From Clostridia bacterium (GTDB lineage Bacteria; Bacillota; Clostridia; TANB77; CAG-508): a stretch of 57,145 nucleotides of DNA. The stretch lies in the NCBI GenBank assembly GCA_022798895.1, contig JAAWNJ010000003.1, forward strand, positions 1 through 57,145, given 5' to 3'. How positions within the stretch are numbered: the first letter of the stretch is position 1; the number at the start of each line of letters is the position of its first letter. This document shows, in pieces, positions 1-9,276 of the stretch. Position numbers and translations under genes: made by a program. Below the pieces are notes generated by a model that searched no databases, had not been told where the DNA came from, and saw only the letters and a list, made by a program, of their open reading frames with translations.

Positions 1-82
1 TAAAGCAATGATAGATACTTATAATCAAAAAGTTAATTTTGTTGATTTTTCTAGTTTAGAAAGTATCATTAAAGAAATTTAA
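1..82 (+). CDS. 3' end of an unidentified CDS (partial)
   Basis: Open frame from position 2 (KAMIDTYNQKVNFVDFSSLESIIKEI*) ending in TAA at 80-82. Confidence 0.4.
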   Translation, partial: KAMIDTYNQKVNFVDFSSLESIIKEI

Positions 83-120
83 AAGTAACTGCAAAATTAC
101 AATTTTATAAGGAGTTAAAA

Positions 121-543
121 GTGGATAGAGATATTGATATAACAGAACAATTAAAGAATTTAATTAAAGATTATGATTTTAATGTAGAAACATTATCTAA
201 ATATTTAGAATTAGATAAGAATCAGATAAATCAATTAGTTGATGGAAATATAAGTTTTTTACCAAACGATAATGAATATAGATTTAATCTATTTAATAAA
301 ATAAGTTTTCTTTATTGTAGTGCCATAGATGAAAAAGATGTTAAATTAGATGCTTTTCTAAAAGTATTATTGTCTTATCATAATATATCAAAAAAGACAA
401 TTTCAAAAATGTCAGGAGTAGATATAAAAGAAATAGACAAATTTCTATCATCAAAGAAAAGTAAAATTTCTGTTGAAGATAAATACAAACTTGCTATAAC
501 AACTATGTCTTTGAGATTTTTTCTTAAAGATGTTGAAAAGTAA
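121..543 (+). CDS. HTH-domain protein (two XRE-like helical repeats)
   Basis: 140 aa ORF with AAGGAG RBS; two segments resembling HTH motifs (VETLSKYLELDKNQI; KKTISKMSGVDIKEI). Confidence 0.55.
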   Translation: MDRDIDITEQLKNLIKDYDFNVETLSKYLELDKNQINQLVDGNISFLPNDNEYRFNLFNKISFLYCSAIDEKDVKLDAFLKVLLSYHNISKKTISKMSGVDIKEIDKFLSSKKSKISVEDKYKLAITTMSLRFFLKDVEK

Positions 544-654
544 AATATAGCAAAAAATTACATGTATACTGTTAGATGTAAATAAATGAATTTACATCTA
601 ATTTTTTTGGTTGTAAAATTATTTACAAAGAATTTAAGTTAGAACATCAAATTA

Positions 655-2152
655 CAGAGGTCTTTGAATCTAACAACTTGACGGTTCGACTTTTATTCCT
701 ATTATTAATTTAGTTTTAGATAGTGAGGGCAATAGACTCTATATAACAAGCATGATGAAATAATAGTAGAGGTAAAAGACTTAAGTTCAAAAAGAAAGTA
801 GGTGAATAATTTTGAAAACAGTATTAAGTGTAGATGTTGCTAAAAATAAAAGTATGGTAATGCTTATGAATAGTGAGGGAGAGATACTTATTGATACAAA
901 AGAAATAAAACATAATTTAGAAAATTTTGAAAAGGTAAAAGAAGAAATAAAAGAGATTAATCCAGAAAATCTAACAGTATTTATGGAATCAACAGGTACA
1001 TACCATTTACCAGTAGAAAGATATTTTAGAGAAAATGGATTCAATACCTTAGTTATTAATAGTTTAACGACTAAAAACAATTATGATACTATTAGAAAAA
1101 CGAAAACAGACAAAAAGGATTGTTACAGATTAGCTAAGTTATTTTTTGTAAACGAAGTAGAATATCACGAAATATCAAAAAAAGATTTATATGCTAATTT
1201 GAAAGCAATGACAAGGCAATATTTTTACTTACTTCAGCAAAATGTTAGTTGTAAAAATAGATATAAGAGATTGTTAAATATATGCTTTCCAGAACTAGAG
1301 AAAATCTTTAAATCAACAAGAATTTATGATGATACAGCACTAAACTTTATTAAAGAATTTCCACATGCAGAGATAGTAAGAGAAAAGCGAATTGATGCAT
1401 TGTATAACAATTTATACAAGACTAATGGAAGAAATTTAAACTTTTATAAAAAACTAGCAGAAACGATAAAAACAGCTTCGGCTAACTCTTATCCTGGAGT
1501 TGATAAAGAACATAAAGATAGTAAAAATCTTTCAGATATGGCAAAAATAGTACAGAATAATATTATTATTATAAATGAATTAAGAGATAAAATGATAGAA
1601 ACAGCAAAACAATCGCCATATTATGAAATAATAAATTCATTTTATGGAATAGGAGAAATATTAACAGCAGAGATACTTGGAGAATTAGGAGATATAACAA
1701 GGTTCGATAGTCCAAAAGAAATAATAGCATTTTGTGGACTTGATCCAACAATAAAACAGTCTGGAAAAAGTATAAATGTGAAAGGAGCAATATCAAAAAG
1801 AGGAAACAAATATGCACGATATATATTATTTAATTGTAGTCAGATGGTAGTAAAACTAGGTGCTTCAAATTATCCAGAGCATCCAGTGTATATTTATTAC
1901 CAAAATAAAAAAGCAGAAGGCAAACACTACTACGAAAGCCTAACTGCTTGTTCTACAAAAATCTTGAGAATGTTATATTCTATGTGCAAAAATAATAAAA
2001 CATTCTTAAGTGATTAATTAAATAGAGTTTAACATATATTAGGCGAAAAAGATAGACTTTTTTAAAAAATATATCGTTTTCGCTTGTTTGCCATACAAAA
2101 AAATAATATAATAAATTTATAAAAAAAGGGCTTGACAAAAATTAGATAGTCA
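655..2152 (+). mobile_element. IS110-family insertion sequence (ends approximate)
   Basis: IS110 transposase with ~155-nt and ~135-nt noncoding ends and no terminal inverted repeats; CA at both inferred junctions; TTGACA near the right end (2132-2137). Confidence 0.7.
812..2017 (+). CDS. IS110-family DEDD recombinase/transposase
   Basis: N-terminal SVDVAK, MESTGTYH and KTKTDKKD motifs; C-terminal GIGEILTAEILGELGDITRF...AFCGLDPTIKQSG...ISKRGNKYAR. Confidence 0.95.
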   Translation: MKTVLSVDVAKNKSMVMLMNSEGEILIDTKEIKHNLENFEKVKEEIKEINPENLTVFMESTGTYHLPVERYFRENGFNTLVINSLTTKNNYDTIRKTKTDKKDCYRLAKLFFVNEVEYHEISKKDLYANLKAMTRQYFYLLQQNVSCKNRYKRLLNICFPELEKIFKSTRIYDDTALNFIKEFPHAEIVREKRIDALYNNLYKTNGRNLNFYKKLAETIKTASANSYPGVDKEHKDSKNLSDMAKIVQNNIIIINELRDKMIETAKQSPYYEIINSFYGIGEILTAEILGELGDITRFDSPKEIIAFCGLDPTIKQSGKSINVKGAISKRGNKYARYILFNCSQMVVKLGASNYPEHPVYIYYQNKKAEGKHYYESLTACSTKILRMLYSMCKNNKTFLSD

Positions 2153-2175
2153 AGTTAGATGGGAGTTGATTTTAA

Positions 2176-2895
2176 TTGAAAATAGTTACTTATGGAAACA
2201 AGGAAAAAGAGAAAATATTATTATTACACCCTATGTTTACAAGTGCTAAATTTTTTAATTTTGTAATAGATAGATTAAGTAATAAATATTATTTGATTAT
2301 TCCAACATATAGTGGGCATTATGAAAATTCAGATTATGTTTCAATGGAAGATGAAGAAAAAACTATTGATGAATTTCTAAAAGAAAATAACATTGATAAA
2401 TTAAAAGCAATTATAGGATTTTCTTTAGGTGGTAATATTGCATTTCATTATTTTTGCAATAATCAAGATAAAGTCGATCAAGTAATAGTAGATAGTGCTC
2501 CTATCTTTAAATTTCCAAACATTATTAAAAAATATTTTTATAATAGATATAAAAAATGTTTGCTTAATATAAAAGAACATCCAGAAGATACAGTTAAAGA
2601 ATTAAATAAGTGCTTTAATGGTATGGGCGAAGTACAACAATATGTTGCACCAATAGTAACACTAGAAAGTCTAAAAAAATTATTAGAAAGTTGTTACAAT
2701 ATTAAAGCACCAAAATTAGAAAGTGATTCACAGAGAAAAATAACTTTTGTTTATGGTACAAATGATATAGCAAGACTTTGTTTACCTAGAATTAAAAAAT
2801 ATAAAAATAGTGAATTTATCAAAATTGATTCATTAGGTCATTGTGGTTATTTTAGAGAAAATACAGATGAATATATAAAAAGGTTAATTAGATAA
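2176..2895 (+). CDS. alpha/beta hydrolase
   Basis: LLLHP and GFSLGG nucleophile elbow; C-terminal GHCG. Confidence 0.85.
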   Translation: MKIVTYGNKEKEKILLLHPMFTSAKFFNFVIDRLSNKYYLIIPTYSGHYENSDYVSMEDEEKTIDEFLKENNIDKLKAIIGFSLGGNIAFHYFCNNQDKVDQVIVDSAPIFKFPNIIKKYFYNRYKKCLLNIKEHPEDTVKELNKCFNGMGEVQQYVAPIVTLESLKKLLESCYNIKAPKLESDSQRKITFVYGTNDIARLCLPRIKKYKNSEFIKIDSLGHCGYFRENTDEYIKRLIR

Positions 2896-2925
2896 ATTAC
2901 AATTAGTAGAGGAGAAAAATATAAA

Positions 2926-3231
2926 ATGAAAATAATAACGGTATGTGGGAGTTATAAATTTAAAAAAGAAATGGCAGAAATAACAGAAAAAATGACCTTG
3001 AAGGGAAATTGCATGTTAACTCCAAATGAATTAGCAAAATCTGATAAAAATGATTATACACAAGAGGAAGCTTTAATGATTGATAAAATGCACAAAGAAA
3101 AAATAAAATTATCAGATGCCATATTAGTTGTTAATGTAAATAACTATATAGGAAGTAGTACAAAAAGTGAAATAGAATTGGCAAAATCATTAGATAAAGA
3201 AGTTATGTATTATACAGATTTAATAGGATAA
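2926..3231 (+). CDS. small Rossmann-like protein (nucleoside deoxyribosyltransferase-like)
   Basis: KIITVCGS...KIKLSDAILVVNVNNYIGSSTKSEIELA pattern. Confidence 0.55.
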   Translation: MKIITVCGSYKFKKEMAEITEKMTLKGNCMLTPNELAKSDKNDYTQEEALMIDKMHKEKIKLSDAILVVNVNNYIGSSTKSEIELAKSLDKEVMYYTDLIG

Positions 3232-3253
3232 TAAAAAGAAAGGAAGTTTCAGT

Positions 3254-3628
3254 ATGACACAAAATGGATTTATTGATATTGAAATTAAAGAACTATTAGA
3301 TTGGAAAGGAAAAGGACCGGAAGGTTGTTTAGTTTCTGATAAAATTACAAAAGAAGGTTGGAAAGTAGGATATATGTATAGAGAAGAACCTGATAAAGGG
3401 GTCCCAGATAGTGGTTGGAGATTTATGAAAGGTGACGAAAGTGACGAGTATAATGATAATGCAGAAAATGTACATATATTTGCACTAAATACAATTTGTA
3501 ATTATGACCCTGATATTATTCCATATTTAGATTTACCAATAGGAACAACTTTAATTAGAGTAGATAATCATAAATTTGAAGTAGACAACCAAGATAAGGA
3601 AATTGTAATGGAAAAACAAGAAAGATAA
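3254..3628 (+). CDS. DUF2185/Imm33-like protein
   Basis: CLVSDKI...VGYMYREEP...DSGWRF..GDESDEY motif. Confidence 0.8.
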   Translation: MTQNGFIDIEIKELLDWKGKGPEGCLVSDKITKEGWKVGYMYREEPDKGVPDSGWRFMKGDESDEYNDNAENVHIFALNTICNYDPDIIPYLDLPIGTTLIRVDNHKFEVDNQDKEIVMEKQER

Positions 3629-3634
3629 TTAAAA

Positions 3635-4438
3635 ATGGAGAATAAACAAGATTGGGAAGAACTAAGAAAATGGGAAGAAAGCAAGAAACAAAGTAATATA
3701 GAAACCTATAAGATAGATATAAATGAAATTGAGGAATTACAAAATAGAAGAAAGAAAATGGATAAAATATTAAATCCTGTAAATCAAACTTTAGTAAAAG
3801 TAAAAAAGGTTTTGATAATTCTTGCAGCTATTATAGGCATTCTGGCTTTTATTATCTTTGTTGGCTGGTTATCTTCTGTAAGAAATTTTGTGAATGCTGA
3901 TATCTATTCTATGCTAAATTTTTATGGAGTAGAAGTGCAGATTATTTCACAAGAAGCTGATCAAAAAGGAAATGGAAAATATCTTGTTAACCCTGAAGGG
4001 TATCCTGAAATTCAATTTACTGCCAAGAAACGTTGGGGAAATATCCAAACAGATTTTAAGGACAACTATCAAAAATATCTTTTTACGCATTGGGAAAGTG
4101 ATAGAAAAGAAAAATTTTCTACTAACGAAGAATTAGAAGATGGGCTTTTAGTATATCAAAATTATATTACTGTGAATGAAAATGAGACTATTGAGGAAGC
4201 AACAGAAGATTTTATTAGCTTTATCGTATATGCAGAGCAATGGAATTCAAAACATAAAATTATCAATATGCCACATTGGTCAAAAGAATATTTTAGGGTT
4301 CCACTCAATATATACATTTACCTTCAAGAAGAAGATATTTGGCTAAAAAATATTTATACTGGAACAGGGCAGACTGAAGACAAAATGAGAGAAACCATAA
4401 AAAATGAATTAGAAAATGCCAAACTGGAAACGAGGTAA
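3635..4438 (+). CDS. hypothetical single-pass membrane protein
   Basis: 267 aa ORF with one hydrophobic helix. Confidence 0.65.
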   Translation: MENKQDWEELRKWEESKKQSNIETYKIDINEIEELQNRRKKMDKILNPVNQTLVKVKKVLIILAAIIGILAFIIFVGWLSSVRNFVNADIYSMLNFYGVEVQIISQEADQKGNGKYLVNPEGYPEIQFTAKKRWGNIQTDFKDNYQKYLFTHWESDRKEKFSTNEELEDGLLVYQNYITVNENETIEEATEDFISFIVYAEQWNSKHKIINMPHWSKEYFRVPLNIYIYLQEEDIWLKNIYTGTGQTEDKMRETIKNELENAKLETR

Positions 4439-4439
4439 T

Positions 4440-4838
4440 ATGAGAAGAATTTTAGATTTTAGTATTTTTACAATAGTAATATTATCTTTAATAGTAGCAG
4501 GAAGTATATCGCTTATACGTTCAGACAGAGAAGAAAAACGTAAAACTGTTATCTTATCAATACCTCATTTTGTAATCTACTGTTTGTTACAATATTGTTG
4601 TGGTTTTATACTCTGGACTATTAGACTTGATAAATTCGATAGGTATCCATATAGAAACCCATTTTGCATTCTAGTGATTATTTATTGTATAATTGCCTTT
4701 AGCGTATTAGACATATATTATATAAGGTATGAAAAAAACAAATATAGTATAAGAGTAGCACTTTGGCTTTTACTTGCCATACATATATTAGCAATTTTTC
4801 TATTACTTATTTTTAGTCCTTTTAAGGGATGGTTTTAG
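4440..4838 (+). CDS. hypothetical 4-TM membrane protein
   Basis: ATG at 4440 after GAGG; several hydrophobic helices. Confidence 0.6.
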   Translation: MRRILDFSIFTIVILSLIVAGSISLIRSDREEKRKTVILSIPHFVIYCLLQYCCGFILWTIRLDKFDRYPYRNPFCILVIIYCIIAFSVLDIYYIRYEKNKYSIRVALWLLLAIHILAIFLLLIFSPFKGWF

Positions 4839-4850
4839 AGAAAAAAACGA

Positions 4851-4886
4851 GCAGATAATTAAGCGATTAATTTATCTGCTTTTTTC
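4851..4886 (+). terminator. intrinsic terminator
   Basis: GCAGATAA...TTATCTGC stem followed by a T-run. Confidence 0.65.
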
Positions 4887-4915
4887 ATAAAAACCTTGTA
4901 ACCTTTTTAGAGAAA

Positions 4916-5515
4916 TTGGTATTATATTGGTTAAGTATACTTGAGAAGGGGATTAATTCCAAAGTGAATAAAAATGCAAAACAGTATTTAAAAAGTGATA
5001 ACCTTTTTAATATGAAAAATCTTGTAAAAATATATGGCTCCTATGTTTATACAATTGTAAACAATAGTATAAATGGCAATGAAGATATAGAGGAAATTGT
5101 ATCAGATGTTTTTTTAGCCTTATGGCAAAACCGTGAGAAAATACAGGAAGAAGCGGATTTAAAGCCATATTTGATAGTCATAACAAAAAATTTGATTAAA
5201 AAGAAATATAGAGACTTAAAAAAGAATGTTTCTACTTGTGATATAGACGATTTAGAAAACGTAATTGCATCACAAATGGATATTAGTCAAATTGTAGAAA
5301 ATGATGAGAAAAAACAAATCATATCAAATACGATTAACCATTTACAAGAGGAGGAAAAAGCAATATTTACTTTATATTATTACAATAATAAGATGATAAA
5401 AGAAATAGCTAGTTATTTAAAAATTTCTACTACCAAAGTAAAGGTATCATTACATAGAATTAGAAAAAAGGTGAAAAAAGAATTGATGAAAAGGGGGTAT
5501 AGCTATGGAAAATGA
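4916..5515 (+). CDS. ECF RNA polymerase sigma factor (start uncertain)
   Basis: DIEEIVSDVFLALW (region 2) and IKEIASYLKISTTKVKVSLHRIRKK (region 4). Confidence 0.9.
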   Translation: MVLYWLSILEKGINSKVNKNAKQYLKSDNLFNMKNLVKIYGSYVYTIVNNSINGNEDIEEIVSDVFLALWQNREKIQEEADLKPYLIVITKNLIKKKYRDLKKNVSTCDIDDLENVIASQMDISQIVENDEKKQIISNTINHLQEEEKAIFTLYYYNNKMIKEIASYLKISTTKVKVSLHRIRKKVKKELMKRGYSYGK

Positions 5516-6122
5516 AAAACTGATGAATAAAATCAAAGATAAGATAGCGATATCCAATTTTGAATGGGAGGAAAAAACAATGATAAATAAGAAAAAGAAA
5601 ATGCTTTCTATCGTTAGTATTTCAATTATTTGCATTATGTGTAGTTTTGCCACTGTAAATGCTATGACAGGAAATGAGCTAGTGAAAAACATAGAAAAAA
5701 CAATCAGTAAGCTTTTTCATAAAGAGAATATCACCATGAATTATGGAGAAAGTGGTATAACGAGCAATGTAGATGAAGTAAATTCAGAAATTGGTTCAAA
5801 ACAAGAAATAAAGCACAATGGTGTAGACCTAAAAGCAGAATATGGCGAAGAAGTATTGGTTATTGCTGAGGGAGAAGTCATAGAAGCAAAGTATGACCAA
5901 AAAATGGGATATTATATTCTTGTAAAACATAATAATAGTGAATTTACTTATACAAAATATGCACATCTATCTAAACTAAATGTAAAAGCAGGAGATACTG
6001 TAAAAAAAGATGAAAAGATAGGAGAAGCAGGACAAACGGGAATGGTAACAGGTGTATGTTTACATTTTGAAGTGTTAGATAAAGATATGAATGCGATGGA
6101 TCCAAATAAATTTTTAAATTAA
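5505..6122 (+). CDS. membrane-anchored M23 metallopeptidase (putative anti-sigma partner)
   Basis: Overlaps sigma stop; one TM helix; HNGVD, YAHLS and TGVCLHFE M23 motifs. Confidence 0.85.
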   Translation: MENEKLMNKIKDKIAISNFEWEEKTMINKKKKMLSIVSISIICIMCSFATVNAMTGNELVKNIEKTISKLFHKENITMNYGESGITSNVDEVNSEIGSKQEIKHNGVDLKAEYGEEVLVIAEGEVIEAKYDQKMGYYILVKHNNSEFTYTKYAHLSKLNVKAGDTVKKDEKIGEAGQTGMVTGVCLHFEVLDKDMNAMDPNKFLN

Positions 6123-6142
6123 GAAGGATAAGTTGTTAACAG

Positions 6143-6182
6143 AATACTCTATACTTTATACAAAAAGTATAGGGTATTTTTT
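6143..6182 (+). terminator. intrinsic terminator
   Basis: AATACTCTATACTTT...AAAGTATAGGGTATT hairpin plus T-run. Confidence 0.65.
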
Positions 6183-6302
6183 GGTAGTTATGATAAACTT
6201 ACAATCAATAAAAAACAATCTATAACTATTGAATAAAAAATAGAGATTAGTGTATAATTTATTCATAAATCGAAAGATTAAATTTTTAAAGGAGGAAAAT
6301 TT

Positions 6303-7379
6303 ATGGATAGAAAAGTGAAGGTCGTACAATTCGGAACAGGTAAAATGGCAGTATATACAATGCGCTATGTTTACGAAAAAGGTGGAGAAGTAGTTGGAGC
6401 TATTGATGTAAATCCTAGCGTTATTGGAAAAGATATAGGCGAAGTAATGGGAGGAGAAAAGAAAAACGTTGTTGTAACAGCATTAGAACAAGCAGAAGAA
6501 ATGATGAAACAAGTAAAACCAGATATTGCAATTGTTACTACAATGAGCTTAATCTCTGATGTAAGAGATGCCTTAATGCTTTGTGCAAAATTAGGAGTAA
6601 ATGCTATTACAACTTGTGAAGAAGCATTTTACCCACAAAATTCAAATCCAAATATCTTCAAAGAATTAGATGAGATGGCAAAACAAACAGGATGTACTAT
6701 AACAGGAAGCGGATACCAAGATATTTATTGGGGACAATTAATTAGTTCTATTGCAGGTTCTACTCAAAAAATTACAAAAATCAAAGGAAGTTCAAGCTAT
6801 AACGTAGAAGACTATGGTATTGCATTAGCAAAAGCACATGGTTCAGGACTTACTTTAGAAGAGTTTGACAAAGAAGTAGCTTCAGTAGATAGAATTTCAG
6901 ATGAAGAAAGACAAAAAGTAATTGAAAGTGGAGAATACTTACCATCTTATATGTGGAATGTAAATGGATGGCTATGTTCAAAATTAGGATTAACAGTAGA
7001 AAGCCAAACACAAAAAACAGTACCACAAACTTACAAAGAGGATATCCATTCAGAAACATTAGGAACAACTGTAAAAGCAGGAGATGCTACAGGAATGAGT
7101 GCAGTTGTTACAACAACTACTAAAGAGGGAGTTACCATTGAAAGTGAATGTATTGGAAAAGTATATTCTAAGGAAGACTATGACAAAAATGAATGGACCA
7201 TTTATGGAGAGCCAGAAACTACGATCACAGTTGCAAGACCTGCTACAGTAGAATTAACATGTGCAAGTGTTGTAAACCGTATTCCAGATGTTATAAATAG
7301 CGAAGCGGGATATGTAACAACAGAAAAATTTGGAGAACTAAATTACAAGTCAAAGCCTTTAAATGAATATGTAAAATAA
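6303..7379 (+). CDS. dihydrodipicolinate-reductase-like NAD(P) oxidoreductase (2,4-diaminopentanoate dehydrogenase-like)
   Basis: VVQFGTGKMA Rossmann motif; GVNAITTCEE; VVNRIPDVINSEAGYVT C-terminus; GGAGG RBS. Confidence 0.75.
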   Translation: MDRKVKVVQFGTGKMAVYTMRYVYEKGGEVVGAIDVNPSVIGKDIGEVMGGEKKNVVVTALEQAEEMMKQVKPDIAIVTTMSLISDVRDALMLCAKLGVNAITTCEEAFYPQNSNPNIFKELDEMAKQTGCTITGSGYQDIYWGQLISSIAGSTQKITKIKGSSSYNVEDYGIALAKAHGSGLTLEEFDKEVASVDRISDEERQKVIESGEYLPSYMWNVNGWLCSKLGLTVESQTQKTVPQTYKEDIHSETLGTTVKAGDATGMSAVVTTTTKEGVTIESECIGKVYSKEDYDKNEWTIYGEPETTITVARPATVELTCASVVNRIPDVINSEAGYVTTEKFGELNYKSKPLNEYVK

Positions 7380-7394
7380 AAGGTAAATGTATTA

Positions 7395-7438
7395 AAAAAA
7401 TAGCACCAAAAATGTTAAACATTTGGGTGCTATTTTTT
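7395..7438. terminator. bidirectional terminator between convergent genes
   Basis: AAAAAATAGCACC..AAATGT/ACATTT..GGTGCTATTTTTT inverted repeat. Confidence 0.75.
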
Positions 7439-7441
7439 CAA

Positions 7442-8165
7442 TCAATAACTTTCTATATATAAAGCTTTAGCAATGTAGGGAGTTACCTCGTCAAATGGGT
7501 ACCAACCAGAACTTTTACTATCATTTTCACCACCGATTTGGGTTAGAGACATATACCATATCTTTATCATCTGTTGCTAGTAAAACTAAGTAATGTGAAG
7601 TAGTAGTCCAACGATTATTATGAGGGCTATTCCATACACAAATTAAAATGGGCCTATTTGTTCTTAAGTGTTCTTGTAATTTGTCTTTTGATAAATGTAT
7701 GCCATCATAATAAAAGTCTGTGTTTTTAATATGAAAGGTATGGGCTAACTCGTCTGATAGCAAGTCATAATTTAAAACAGGGAAATACTTTTGTCTTAGA
7801 TCTTCTGGTGTGTAGTCTTGGTTATATCCACTTAAGATGGTAGCCAGTGCAGCAATACCACAACCATTTTTAGCCATAGTACCACCCCAATAGTGATTAT
7901 CACTCCATGAAGCATTTACGTTTTGTTTATATTCTTTATAAGTTTTTTTATACTCATTTATTGTAGTAAAGGTTGTAAAATAACCATCTGCATTATTTAT
8001 CTTTTCTTGTCCAATTCCAGAATAATTTATATTTTCATCTAATTTAATAATTTCGTAACTGTTAGAAAGACCAAATAGATTGGAAGTAAGAGTATCTTTG
8101 TTATTACAAAAATAAATAATAAGTCCAACAATTAATAAAACAAATACTATTATTTTTTTCTTCAT
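7442..8165 (-). CDS. secreted C39-like cysteine peptidase, ~240 aa if read through a +1 shift at CGG (7535-7533)
   Basis: Signal anchor; YKQ..W, GCGIAALA, SHYLVL, VYVSNPN; skipping one C continues GGENDSKSSGWYPFDEVTPYIAKALYIESY* to the terminator. Confidence 0.75.
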
Positions 8166-8346
8166 TTAAAAATATCGCCTCCTTTAAGCTTGTCCATATT
8201 ATATAAAATAAATGAAAAAAGTGTTTTAAGAAACCTTTAAAAAAAGCTTAAACTTTTCTTATGGTATCTATTAATTTGTGTTTACTTGTTTGAAAAAATA
8301 TGATAAACTACTTTACAAATAGTCCATTAAGAATAAGAGGAATAAT

Positions 8347-9129
8347 ATGAGATTATTAAACTTGAATATATGTATAAAGTTGGATAATAACAATGAAGTA
8401 ATTGACTTGGTAAAAGAACTAAAACCTGATATATGTACATTTCAAGAAGCAATGAATGGAACAGAACAAAGCTGTTTTGAAATGTACCAGTCTAAAAATA
8501 AACTTGTTGAAATACAAGAATATCCTTTTTACGAATTTGCTCCACTATTTATAGCAAAAGGGGTTTCAAAAGATGGGGTGATAACAAGAGATTTTGGAGG
8601 AAAAGCAGAACAAGGATCTTTAATTTTATCAAAATATGATATTTGTGAACATTATAATCAATTTTACTATAACGAATATAGATATGAATATGATGCTACT
8701 AACTTTCGTGAAAAAGATTGGTGTCGTTCTATTCAAAATGCGATATTCAATATTAAGGATAAGAAAGTTCAAATAATTAATGTACATGGAATTTGGAATA
8801 GAGATAAATTGGGAGATGAAAGAACTGTTGCGCAATCAGAGTTTATTTTATCACAAATGAGAGGGGATATTGCTTGTATAGTTTTGGGGGATTTCAATTT
8901 ATTGCCCAATACACAAAGTATTCAAATGATAAATCATAAGATGAAAAATTTAATTGATATATACAATATAAAAAGTACAAGACCTAACTTTAATGATGGG
9001 TTAGACAAAGGAAATGTGGTATGTGATTATATATTTGTTAATGATAAGATAAAGGTAAATGATTTCAAAGTGATACAAAGCAATGCCTCAGACCATTTAC
9101 CATTATTACTAGATTTTGAGATTTTATAG
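8347..9129 (+). CDS. endonuclease/exonuclease/phosphatase family protein
   Basis: LNLNI, DICTFQEA, GDFN, DYIF and SDHLPL motifs. Confidence 0.9.
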   Translation: MRLLNLNICIKLDNNNEVIDLVKELKPDICTFQEAMNGTEQSCFEMYQSKNKLVEIQEYPFYEFAPLFIAKGVSKDGVITRDFGGKAEQGSLILSKYDICEHYNQFYYNEYRYEYDATNFREKDWCRSIQNAIFNIKDKKVQIINVHGIWNRDKLGDERTVAQSEFILSQMRGDIACIVLGDFNLLPNTQSIQMINHKMKNLIDIYNIKSTRPNFNDGLDKGNVVCDYIFVNDKIKVNDFKVIQSNASDHLPLLLDFEIL

Positions 9130-9276
9130 AAATGAGATTTTTACTTTGATAGTAAAATATTTAAGGGGGTTTCACACATGTATGAGCCTCTTTTATAATT
9201 TGTAAAGTTATTATTTTAGTTGCTAATTCTTGTTTTTTATGATAAGGTATTAACAAAAAAAGGAGAAAAACAAAAG

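Noticed and set aside
636-2159. 8-bp direct repeat AAGTTAGA (636-643 and 2152-2159) as an IS target-site duplication
   Set aside because: IS110 elements usually do not create such duplications and the CA-core junction fits internal matches better. It remains an alternative boundary.
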